DNA from: Gemmatimonadota bacterium
GTDB taxonomy: Bacteria; Gemmatimonadota; Gemmatimonadetes; Palauibacterales; Palauibacteraceae
Assembly (NCBI GenBank): GCA_039588275.1
Contig: JBDHAC010000031.1
Span: 1-38,212 of the forward strand
Direction: 5' to 3'
Length of the DNA: 38,212 nt
A model generated the notes under the pieces. That model searched no databases. It was not told the DNA's origin and was given only the letters and a program-made list of their open reading frames with translations. Below, piece after piece: positions 9,122 to 17,184 of the stretch. The position numbers were made by a program, and so were the translations under genes. Positions within the stretch are counted from its first letter, which is position 1. Every line of letters begins with the position of its first letter.

Positions 9122-9386
9122 AGGCGGCCGCACCGGCGGGCTGGGCCGCGATCGTCGAGGGACCGGATTTACGAGGCGAGGGGCCGTTCCGTGCGTCGGC
9201 ATTTTGCACGCCACCGGGCGGATCACGGTTCGGGAACGCCGCGAGCGCCGGCCGGCCGAGAGCCGATGACGTCTAACCCCTTTTCATGAAGCACGTTAGG
9301 GTCCCGCGGCATTGTTGCACGAAGGTTGCTCGAATTCCCCCGGGAACGGCGTCGTAACCGCTTCATTCTGCAGGAGGATGTGAGCC

Positions 9387-10544
9387 GTGAGGCCCGAGGA
9401 AGCCCGACGGGGAATGCCTCTCCTGGTGTCGTTACTCGTGCTGGTATCAGCCAGCTGCAGCGACAGCATCACGGGGCTCGGAGATGAGTTCAGTGCCAGC
9501 GCGGTTGCCGACGTGGTGACCGACATGGGGACCGTTGAAGGCCGGAGCGTGGCCTCCGCGTACATTCCGCTCGTGAGCTCCGCGCTCAGGGAGAGCATTC
9601 TGGCTGGCGCCGCCGTGGTGCCACGCCTCGGTCCCGAGGGTGAGTTCCAGGTTCTACCCCGGCGCGCCGACCGAGACGGAGTGGCTCTCTCGCTCGAGGG
9701 GCTCCTCGCCCGTGGCACAGCCGAGGTTGCCGGCGTGCACTATTCGCAGGCCCAGGCCGCGCCGGCGGCGATCCTACCGGCCACGCACCACGGCAAGACC
9801 TTCGTTCTCCAGACGATTGGCGGCTGGGAGATCGATGAAGGGCGCACCGACGCTCCGGTGGACGGCGTGCGGTTCATTCTCTACGAGCTGGACGACCTCA
9901 CGCGCAGACCCAAAATGATTCCGCCGCAGCCCTTGGGGTACATGGACCTCGTGGAGGAGGCCGGTGCGGCTCCCCGGTTGCGCGTGCGAGCGGAGAAGAC
10001 CAACGGCGGCGATGAGACGCTCGCCGACTACTACCTCGAAGGCTCGTCCGTGACCACCGAAGATGGAGCCGTCAGCGAGTTCTCCTCCGCGGGCTTCCTG
10101 CTGGCCGGCGGTCGCGTCGATTACTCGATGCAGGACGACATTACGTTCACCAGCGGCTTCCAGAGCGCCGACATCTACTTCGCCCGCGACTTCCACATGC
10201 CGGGCAGGGACCTGTCCGTCACGCTCGTCATGGACGGGGAGCTGCATGCGTCGGAACAGGACCCCGGCTTCGTCCAGATCACGCTCACGGCGTCGGAGGG
10301 ATCGACCACGGCCGTGATGGACGTGCTCGATGACGGCTTCATTGTCGACGGGACCCTGAGCTACAACGGCGAGACGGTCGTGGTGATCAGCGGAGATTCG
10401 TTCGATCCCACGTTCTCGAGCCCCGACGGCACCCTGTTGACGGAAACGGAGCACCAGGCGGTGTGGAACGTCTTCGCGGGGGTCGATCTCCTTCTCCTGT
10501 TCGGAGACGAGATGCTCGCTCCGTTGTCCACTCTCTTCCCGTAG
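9387..10544 (+). CDS. Hypothetical secreted lipoprotein, beta-strand-rich C-terminal half
   Basis: GTG start after AGGAGG SD, hydrophobic signal ending VSASC, 385-aa ORF followed by a strong terminator. Confidence 0.75.
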   Translation: MRPEEARRGMPLLVSLLVLVSASCSDSITGLGDEFSASAVADVVTDMGTVEGRSVASAYIPLVSSALRESILAGAAVVPRLGPEGEFQVLPRRADRDGVALSLEGLLARGTAEVAGVHYSQAQAAPAAILPATHHGKTFVLQTIGGWEIDEGRTDAPVDGVRFILYELDDLTRRPKMIPPQPLGYMDLVEEAGAAPRLRVRAEKTNGGDETLADYYLEGSSVTTEDGAVSEFSSAGFLLAGGRVDYSMQDDITFTSGFQSADIYFARDFHMPGRDLSVTLVMDGELHASEQDPGFVQITLTASEGSTTAVMDVLDDGFIVDGTLSYNGETVVVISGDSFDPTFSSPDGTLLTETEHQAVWNVFAGVDLLLLFGDEMLAPLSTLFP

Positions 10545-10571
10545 AGACGGGCGCCGGACGGGCGAGTGATC

Positions 10572-10608
10572 GACGGGGCGCCCCGCGTGGGGCGCCCCGT
10601 CTTTTTTT
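10572..10608 (+). terminator. Rho-independent terminator
   Basis: Perfect 13-bp stem GACGGGGCGCCCC/GGGGCGCCCCGTC, 4-nt loop, T7 tail; lies between convergent genes. Confidence 0.9.
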
Positions 10609-10620
10609 GCCCAGGATGCG

Positions 10621-11064
10621 TTACGAGGCCTCGAGCTGGGCCGTGTGCGCTCTGAAATGTCCCGAGTCGCTCACGTAGTCGGCCAGGGTAACCTCCTCGA
10701 GCATCGCTCCGAGCGTGGGCCACACGTCCTTGAGCCAGTCGTGGAGTGGACAGGGGTCTTCATCCGAGCATTCGCCCGACCAGAGCAGGCACTGTCGGAG
10801 CATCGAGGGACCCTCGACTGCCTCGAGGATCTCTCGAATCGCGATCTGCTCCGCGCTACGCGCCAGCGCGTAGCCGCGGCCGCGGCCTCGCCCGGAGATC
10901 AGCAGTTGGTGACGGGCGAGCTTACGGAAGATCTTGGACAGGAACGTCCGCGGAAGACGTTCGACCTCGGCGATCCGGCTCAGGGATATCAGAGAACCTG
11001 ACGGCTGGCTCGCCAGGTGAGCCATTCCGAGCAGGGCATACTCGCTCTCTTTCGTGAGACGCAT
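10621..11064 (-). CDS. Rrf2-family transcriptional regulator, probably Fe-S binding (IscR-like ligand set)
   Basis: MRLTKESEYAL start, wHTH (FLSKIFRKL...GRGRGYALAR), C-x6-C-x5-C-x2-H motif (CLLWSGECSDEDPCPLH). Confidence 0.92.
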   Translation of the reverse strand: MRLTKESEYALLGMAHLASQPSGSLISLSRIAEVERLPRTFLSKIFRKLARHQLLISGRGRGRGYALARSAEQIAIREILEAVEGPSMLRQCLLWSGECSDEDPCPLHDWLKDVWPTLGAMLEEVTLADYVSDSGHFRAHTAQLEAS

Positions 11065-11110
11065 AGGCCCCGATTGGGGATCCGGAAATTCAGATATCGC
11101 GCTCCGGAAC

Positions 11111-11140
11111 ACCCTAATACGAAACGTCCACGTCGGTCAA
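11111..11140 (-). promoter_or_regulatory. Candidate sigma70-type promoter for the Rrf2 gene
   Basis: Minus strand TTGACC-N18-TAGGGT, ending about 47 nt upstream of the ATG. Confidence 0.4.
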
Positions 11141-11180
11141 CGCCGATTCGGATCGAATCCTGATCGAGAGGTGGTCGTGC

Positions 11181-11972
11181 TCAGGGCCGGGGTGCCCGTC
11201 CGCGCCGGGTCCACACGAGGATCGCCCCGCAGGAGCTCGGTGCAAGGCTCGCGAACTGGGCTGGAACCTGGGAGGGGCCCACGTACACCTCGATCGCCCC
11301 CAGGTCGGGGGCCAGGATGTCATCGACTGGCATGCTGGGCACGTAGAGACCGTCGATGAAGACCACCGGCTCGCATGGGATCAACTCGCGCGTCACCGTC
11401 ACCTGGGCTCGCCCGCCGCGGGTCGCTCCCACCGCGAGGCCCGGGACGCTCCGCAACATGTCCGAGGTATAGCGGGGGCGCCGTCTCGCGATCTCCTCCG
11501 GCGTGATGAAGTGACCGATGCCTTTGTTCTTTCGCCGGTTGAAGCCGGCGTACAGAGCGGGGACGTCGCTTCTCTCGATTTCCACGTTGAGGTCGGCGAC
11601 CCGAACCGTCGTGGGGCTGAGGAGGAGGACGACACGGGTCACGCGCTTCGGCTCCAGATAGAGCTCGACGGTGCCGCTCTCGTAGCCGACGTACCGGACT
11701 TCCAGCGTGTCCGTACCGGCGATCGTCATCGGGATGTTGAAGTTGCCGCTGCTGTCGCTGATCGCGCCCGTCCGCGATCGCAGCAGCGACACCACCGCTC
11801 CCCCGATCGGTTTCCCATCGATGGCCGAGACGACCTGGCCGATCAGCTGCGCGGTGTCGAGCGCCGCAGGCTCGGGCGTCGCTGGCTCCTGCGCACCGAC
11901 GCCGAGAGGCATCAAGGCGAGCGTCAAGCCGATGACGAGAATCCGCTCAGGTGCCGTCCGGAACTTACTCAT
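11181..11972 (-). CDS. Secreted carboxypeptidase-regulatory-like (Cna-B type) + TonB-dependent receptor plug-domain protein, no beta-barrel
   Basis: Signal peptide ending GVGAQ, GQVVSAIDGKPIGGAVV...RYVGYE domain, plug motifs FITPEEI...LRSVPGL...VFIDG...IEVYVG...GAILVWT, then a stop. Confidence 0.8.
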   Translation of the reverse strand: MSKFRTAPERILVIGLTLALMPLGVGAQEPATPEPAALDTAQLIGQVVSAIDGKPIGGAVVSLLRSRTGAISDSSGNFNIPMTIAGTDTLEVRYVGYESGTVELYLEPKRVTRVVLLLSPTTVRVADLNVEIERSDVPALYAGFNRRKNKGIGHFITPEEIARRRPRYTSDMLRSVPGLAVGATRGGRAQVTVTRELIPCEPVVFIDGLYVPSMPVDDILAPDLGAIEVYVGPSQVPAQFASLAPSSCGAILVWTRRGRAPRP

Positions 11973-12200
11973 GGGCACTCGGGTTGGGGCGGAGCGCGAA
12001 TGGTGTGAGTATGACGGACTCATGCTGACACGATATGTGTAGTTCATGTAATTCGCGGACACGTACCCTCCCGCACCACTCTCCGTTCGTCCGGTCCGGA
12101 CGAGTGACCATAACGCCCTGATCCGGCGTACGGTCACACGTGATACACGTCCATCCGGCGACGGTTCGGTCGCCGCGGCTGGTCGTGCACGAGCACCAAT

Positions 12201-12230
12201 GGAAAAGGGGGCGCCGAAGCGCCCCCTCTC
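12201..12230 (-). terminator. Probable Rho-independent terminator of the susC-susD transcript
   Basis: Minus strand AGGGGGCGC-TTCG-GCGCCCCCT (UUCG tetraloop) with short U tail, about 55 nt after the susD stop. Confidence 0.75.
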
Positions 12231-12284
12231 CGGGGTTGAAATCGGGGCCGGGGCAACACGCCTCAGCCCTGATCGCCTACTACA

Positions 12285-13658
12285 TCACGGGACGTCGAAC
12301 TGACAAATATCTTCGCTGTAGTTCTGGTTGTTGGTCTCGTCGAACTCGAGCGGCAGATTCACATCCGTCCCGTAGTCGCCGCCCTTGAAGTACGGACCAG
12401 ACGGGAACACGTCCGCCTGGTTGCGGCCATAGTCACGCACCAGCCGCCGGAAGTCGCCCAGCCGGTGCCCCGTCAGGAACAGCCAGTAACCCCGCTCGTC
12501 CATGAGCATGTCCAGACGTGAAGCGGCGTCACCCGGATCCGTCAACGGATCGAGCGTCGTGTTCGGGTTGTTCGGGCCGGGCACCACCGAACTGTAGCCC
12601 GGAACCCGCGAGGCCATGATGTTGGCCACGTCCGCCCTGAGCGTGTTCAGGATATTCAGCCAGTTGGACCCTCCGCCGGCCAAGTCGGCCTCGGCTTCGA
12701 TCAACCGCGCCTCTACGCCGTCGGCCAGGACGACCGGAGAAGTCCGCGAGAACGCCGCGGCCAGGAACAGCCGGATCGACTGGTCGAAGCCCCCGAGCGG
12801 ATCCTCGACCCAAGGAACCCTCGGGTCTCCCGAGGAACGGAACGGCAGCCCGTTCCCGCCCTCCATATCCGCGACCGAGTAGCGGCCGTTCGACTGCAGA
12901 TTGAAGAACGTGTTCTCCTGTTCCGAGGAGTTCTCGCTGTGCTCGATGAACGCCTGGTACGAGGTCGCCACGCCACCGACGACACCGGCCGCTTCCGAGT
13001 ACCGGGCCAGGTTCATCAGGGCGCGCGCCTTCCCGATCCTCGCGGCGTCGTTGCTGCCGTCGGCCGCTATGGCCGCATCGAAGATCGGTATGGCTGCCTC
13101 GAAGACCTGCGAGGTGCTGATCGGGCTCCCGGTCTCGAGCTCGCCCTCCTCGCTGACCGTGCTGAACGGGATCCCCGAGCAGAACATCTCGCCCAGCGCC
13201 ACGTAGCTGTACCCCTCGAACATCTTCATCCTCGAGGGGCGCGAACCCGAGCCTTCGCCGTCAGCGGCCATCGCACGGAACGCACGGATCGCCGCACGGC
13301 GCGCTTGGTGCAAATCGCGGTATAGGGCGTCCCCCGTGTTGCCCTGGACCATCGAGAATTGGTCGCGCTGGTCCGTGGCGGTCCGCGTCGTGAACGTTCC
13401 CGCCGAGGACGTCTCGTCCGTGATGATACCGTTCAAGGATATCACCCGGTCTGCGCAGCAGCCCCCGCCGTTCCAGGCCGTATTGAAGTCCCGAATGGCG
13501 CCGGCGAACAAGAGGTCGACGCTCGTACCTGCCGGAGTCAAGAACTCGCGCTCGGTGACCTCCAGCGTGCCCTCGCACCCGGTAAACAGGAGCGCTAGAG
13601 CCCCCGTCATCGTCAGCCAGCGGCCGCCTGATTTCTTCAAGCTACCTAACATTTTCAT
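12285..13658 (-). CDS. susD: SusD/RagB-like outer-membrane lipoprotein
   Basis: Lipobox LFTGC; ARLIEAEA, ILNTLR and ERGYWLFLTGHRLGDFRR motifs typical of SusD; directly downstream of SusC. Confidence 0.85.
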   Translation of the reverse strand: MKMLGSLKKSGGRWLTMTGALALLFTGCEGTLEVTEREFLTPAGTSVDLLFAGAIRDFNTAWNGGGCCADRVISLNGIITDETSSAGTFTTRTATDQRDQFSMVQGNTGDALYRDLHQARRAAIRAFRAMAADGEGSGSRPSRMKMFEGYSYVALGEMFCSGIPFSTVSEEGELETGSPISTSQVFEAAIPIFDAAIAADGSNDAARIGKARALMNLARYSEAAGVVGGVATSYQAFIEHSENSSEQENTFFNLQSNGRYSVADMEGGNGLPFRSSGDPRVPWVEDPLGGFDQSIRLFLAAAFSRTSPVVLADGVEARLIEAEADLAGGGSNWLNILNTLRADVANIMASRVPGYSSVVPGPNNPNTTLDPLTDPGDAASRLDMLMDERGYWLFLTGHRLGDFRRLVRDYGRNQADVFPSGPYFKGGDYGTDVNLPLEFDETNNQNYSEDICQFDVP

Positions 13659-13764
13659 AACCCTTTGCCCTCATATCCAAGTCGATACGCCTCGATCGAT
13701 CGTCGCCCGCCGGACTCCCGGCCCGATAAGGTCGGGAGCCCGGAAACGGGCTTCTCATAGGCTC

Positions 13765-16700
13765 CTAGAACCTCACGTCCAGTCTCAGCGTGAAGACCCG
13801 GACAGGTGGCTGAGTGAAGAACTCCGACTGACCAAAGTTGGAGGACCCACCCGAAGTGTTGATCTCGGGGTCGATGCCGTCGTACCCGGTCCACGTCTGC
13901 AGATTGCGGCCCGAGAACGTCAGGGTCGTTCGCTCCAGCAGCACGTGCTTGCTGGCCAGCGACGGCGGGGCGCTGAGGGTGACGGAGACTTCCCGCCACT
14001 TGAGGAACTGCGACTCGTCGATGAACAGCGTGCGCGCTCCGTGGAAACGGCCACCGACCCAGGTCGCCTGCTCCTCGAGCGTGGCGAACTGCCCGGCGGC
14101 TTTCTCGCAACCTCGCCCGGAAATGAAGGACTGGTCGCACCGGAAGCGCTCCGTGTTGTTGAACTGGCTGTTCCCGCCGCGCGCGTCGAACAACGTGCTG
14201 GCCCGCAGGAACTGGAACAGCTCGACGTCGAGGTTCAACGAGGCCGTCCAGGTCGGGAAGGCTTCGTTGATGAAGACGTCGTCCTCCCCGGCCTCTACCT
14301 CGTCGATCGACAGAAGCCCGTCGCCGTTGTCATCGCTGAACGTGACCGGCTCCGACCAGAACGAGCCGCCCGGGAAGCCCTGTTCGTGGCGCTGCTCGCC
14401 GAAGGTGATCGGCTCGACGCCCTCACCCAGCTCCACGACCTTGTTGCTCAGTGTGGTCCACAGGAGGGTCACGTTCACCCTGGCGTCTCTCTTGTCGAGG
14501 GCGAGCGCCCGCAGCGACATCTCCGTGCCGCGGTTTCGGATCTCCCCGAGGTTCTCGAACAGAGAGGAAGTGAGCCCGAAGGACGGCGCGAGCTGCCGCT
14601 CGATGAGCGCGTCCTTGGACGACTTGGTGAAGTAGGTGAAGCCGAGCCCGACCCGGTCATTGAACAGCCCAAGGTCGATACCGCCTTCCCACTCGGTCGA
14701 TCGCTCAGGCTTGAGCAGCTCGTTGCCGGTCTCACTCAAGGTGACTCCGGCTACGTCCGAGCCCTCGAAGGTCGCGGTGACCGGGCCGAACAGAGTGATC
14801 GCGTCGCGGAAGCCCGGACGCAGACCGGCGACACCCCAGGAACCGCGCAGCCGCACTTCGCTGATGATGTCGCTCTGTGGGAAGAAGTCCTCGTCGCTGA
14901 TCAGGTACGAGACGCTGGCCGACGGATAAGCTTCCAGCGTGGAGTTTCCGCCGAAGTTGCTGTTGTCATCCAGTCGAACCGCGCCGGTCACGAACAGCTT
15001 GTCTCCCAGGGAGAACTCCTGCTGGAAGAACGCCCCGATCGTCACGATGTTCAGGAACTGCTCGTCGACGAAGAATCGCGTGCTCGTGGATGCGCAGGAA
15101 TCCGTGCCGTCGATCAGTCCGGCGCCGAAGCAACGCACACCCTCGAGCAACTCCTCCTGGTAGCTCGCGCCGGCGGTCGTCACGGAACTGATGTCGGTGC
15201 CGGGGATGTCGACTATCCCGCTCACCGAGAAGTTCCCCGTCCAGTTGTTCCGATTGAACCGAGTGGCGTCACGGAAGCCCTCGACCCAGTCCGCTGCCAG
15301 GTTGTCGAGACCCGGCTGGATGGTGATGAAGTCGAAGGAGCTCACGAGATCCACGCCGAACGTCCCCTGCGCGCTCAGCCAGTCAAAAGGCTGCCAGCTG
15401 GCGTTGACGCTTCCGGTGAACCGCTCGACCTCCTGCGAGCTGAGAGAAGCTTCTCCCAGGTCCTCCAGGTTGCGGCCGAATCGGTAGTTCGTGGGGTTGG
15501 GGCCTCCGGTCTCTTCGTTCGGGTGCCCGCCCGGAACGAACCCTGCCATCCCGGCGATCCCGTTAATGATCGTGCCGAAGAGGCTGTTGTCGTTGTTGAC
15601 GAAATTCACGTCACGAGAGACGAACCCGATGCTGAGCGACGCGTTCAGGTCATCGGCGAGCGCGGCGTCCAGGTTGGTCCGCAGGTTCCACTTCTCCTCG
15701 TCGTTGTAGTCGAACTTGATGACCCCGTCCTCCGACTTGTACTCACCCGAGAGGAAGTACGTCGCCGTTGGGGTGCCACCGCCGACATTCATGCCGTAGA
15801 GCGCGCGGTCCCCCTTTTGGAAGAAGGTCGTCCGCGGGTCCGTTAGCGTGTTGAAGGTGAGGAACTGGTCCTGCGTGCAGTCACCGTCCGCCGCCTCGAA
15901 GTTGAGGCATGAAGCGTAGTCGGTGCTGTTGAAGCCATCTTCGGTGAACACCGGGGCACTACCGTCTCCGATGACCTCGACGGCTTCGTAGTTCAGCGGC
16001 CAATCCGTCCGATCCTCCAGCTGTGCGGCTTCGCCGTAGAAGTGCCAGTCGGTGCCGCCGGGCGTGCCCCGCTTCGTCGTGATCAGGATCACGCCGTTTG
16101 CGCCCACGGTGCCGTACAGCGCCGCGGCCGCGGGGCCTTTGATGACCTCGATGTTCTCGATCTCCTCGGGGTTCAGATCGTTCAGCCGCGAGGGCTCCTG
16201 CCCGGCAGTGAACGCCGAAGTGAGAACGCCATCACCGCTGAGCGGGTTGGTGAAGTAAATGCCGTCGACGATGATCAGCGGCTCGTTGGTGAGCGAGATG
16301 CTGGCGTTGCCGCGGATCCGGATCCTCTGAGACGTCCCCGTCGTGCCCGAGACGTCATTCAGGATCACGCCTTCGGCACGGCCTGCGAGGAAGTCAGAGA
16401 AATCCTGGATCTGGGCCTTGTTGACATCGGCCGCAGCGACCGTGGTGCTGTTCGAGCCCAGCTGCCGCCGGCGGCGCTCCAGACCCGTCACCACATTCAC
16501 CGTCACGTCCTCCAGCTGGACCGCCGACACCTGGAGCTGGAAGTCCAGGGTCGCCAGCTGACCGGCGGTGACGTTCACCGTCAGGGTCTGGCTGCGGAAC
16601 CCGATCAGGCGCACCTCCACGGAGACCTGACCGATGGGCACGGGCGAAAGGCGGTATTGGCCTTCGCGGTCCGTCAGCGTACCGATGTCCGTCCCAGGGA

Positions 16701-16863
16701 TGAACACCTGGGCGGCGTTGACCGGCGCCAGCGTCTGGCCGTTGATCACCGTGCCCGTGATTGCCCCCTCCTGCGCCTGTGCTGCCGTAAAGGCCAGCAT
16801 CAGAGCCAGGGTGGCGGCGGACCCGGCTAGGGCGCCGGTTCGCCTAAACGAAGCACGTAGCAT
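13765..16863 (-). CDS. susC: SusC/RagA-family TonB-dependent outer-membrane receptor
   Basis: ATG 16863 after GGAGGAGG. Signal peptide, N-terminal Cna-B-like domain, plug LNPEEIENIEVIKGPAAAALYG...GVILITTKRG, LKPERS motif, C-terminal beta-signal ...LDVRF. Confidence 0.93.
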   Translation of the reverse strand: MLRASFRRTGALAGSAATLALMLAFTAAQAQEGAITGTVINGQTLAPVNAAQVFIPGTDIGTLTDREGQYRLSPVPIGQVSVEVRLIGFRSQTLTVNVTAGQLATLDFQLQVSAVQLEDVTVNVVTGLERRRRQLGSNSTTVAAADVNKAQIQDFSDFLAGRAEGVILNDVSGTTGTSQRIRIRGNASISLTNEPLIIVDGIYFTNPLSGDGVLTSAFTAGQEPSRLNDLNPEEIENIEVIKGPAAAALYGTVGANGVILITTKRGTPGGTDWHFYGEAAQLEDRTDWPLNYEAVEVIGDGSAPVFTEDGFNSTDYASCLNFEAADGDCTQDQFLTFNTLTDPRTTFFQKGDRALYGMNVGGGTPTATYFLSGEYKSEDGVIKFDYNDEEKWNLRTNLDAALADDLNASLSIGFVSRDVNFVNNDNSLFGTIINGIAGMAGFVPGGHPNEETGGPNPTNYRFGRNLEDLGEASLSSQEVERFTGSVNASWQPFDWLSAQGTFGVDLVSSFDFITIQPGLDNLAADWVEGFRDATRFNRNNWTGNFSVSGIVDIPGTDISSVTTAGASYQEELLEGVRCFGAGLIDGTDSCASTSTRFFVDEQFLNIVTIGAFFQQEFSLGDKLFVTGAVRLDDNSNFGGNSTLEAYPSASVSYLISDEDFFPQSDIISEVRLRGSWGVAGLRPGFRDAITLFGPVTATFEGSDVAGVTLSETGNELLKPERSTEWEGGIDLGLFNDRVGLGFTYFTKSSKDALIERQLAPSFGLTSSLFENLGEIRNRGTEMSLRALALDKRDARVNVTLLWTTLSNKVVELGEGVEPITFGEQRHEQGFPGGSFWSEPVTFSDDNGDGLLSIDEVEAGEDDVFINEAFPTWTASLNLDVELFQFLRASTLFDARGGNSQFNNTERFRCDQSFISGRGCEKAAGQFATLEEQATWVGGRFHGARTLFIDESQFLKWREVSVTLSAPPSLASKHVLLERTTLTFSGRNLQTWTGYDGIDPEINTSGGSSNFGQSEFFTQPPVRVFTLRLDVRF

Positions 16864-17184
16864 GAAACACCTCCTCCTCTCGAAGAGAGAACGGATTGGG
16901 AAACGAGTGCCGTTGGAAACGGCACTCCAGCGACGCGGGAGGCGATGCGAGATGGCCCCCCGCCATACGCGGGTGATTCTGTTAACGCAAACACCATAGC
17001 AATCGTAGCAAGAACCCCTTGAAAGGGACACTTTGACACAGTATAGAATGATGAGCCACGCTGGGCTCTCAAGCAAGTCGGGAGAACTCCCACGTCGGTG
17101 AACCGACGGCGCGGTGCGGCGGGCGAACGGCAGCCGCCACGCGCCCGGCGGGCGGCCATACTAAGCGTGCCTGTAGAAACGAGT

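Noticed and set aside
13336..15846. 836-aa plus-strand ORF, and similar long antisense ORFs (1348-2703, 5004-6086, 17557-20154, 32282-33496)
   Set aside because: Antisense shadows of well-supported genes, typical of high-GC DNA; no motifs of their own.
16864..17184. Defined promoter/operator for susC (TAGCAA direct repeat, TTGACA)
   Set aside because: The region is AT-rich and probably regulatory, but spacings fit neither sigma70 nor sigma54 consensus.
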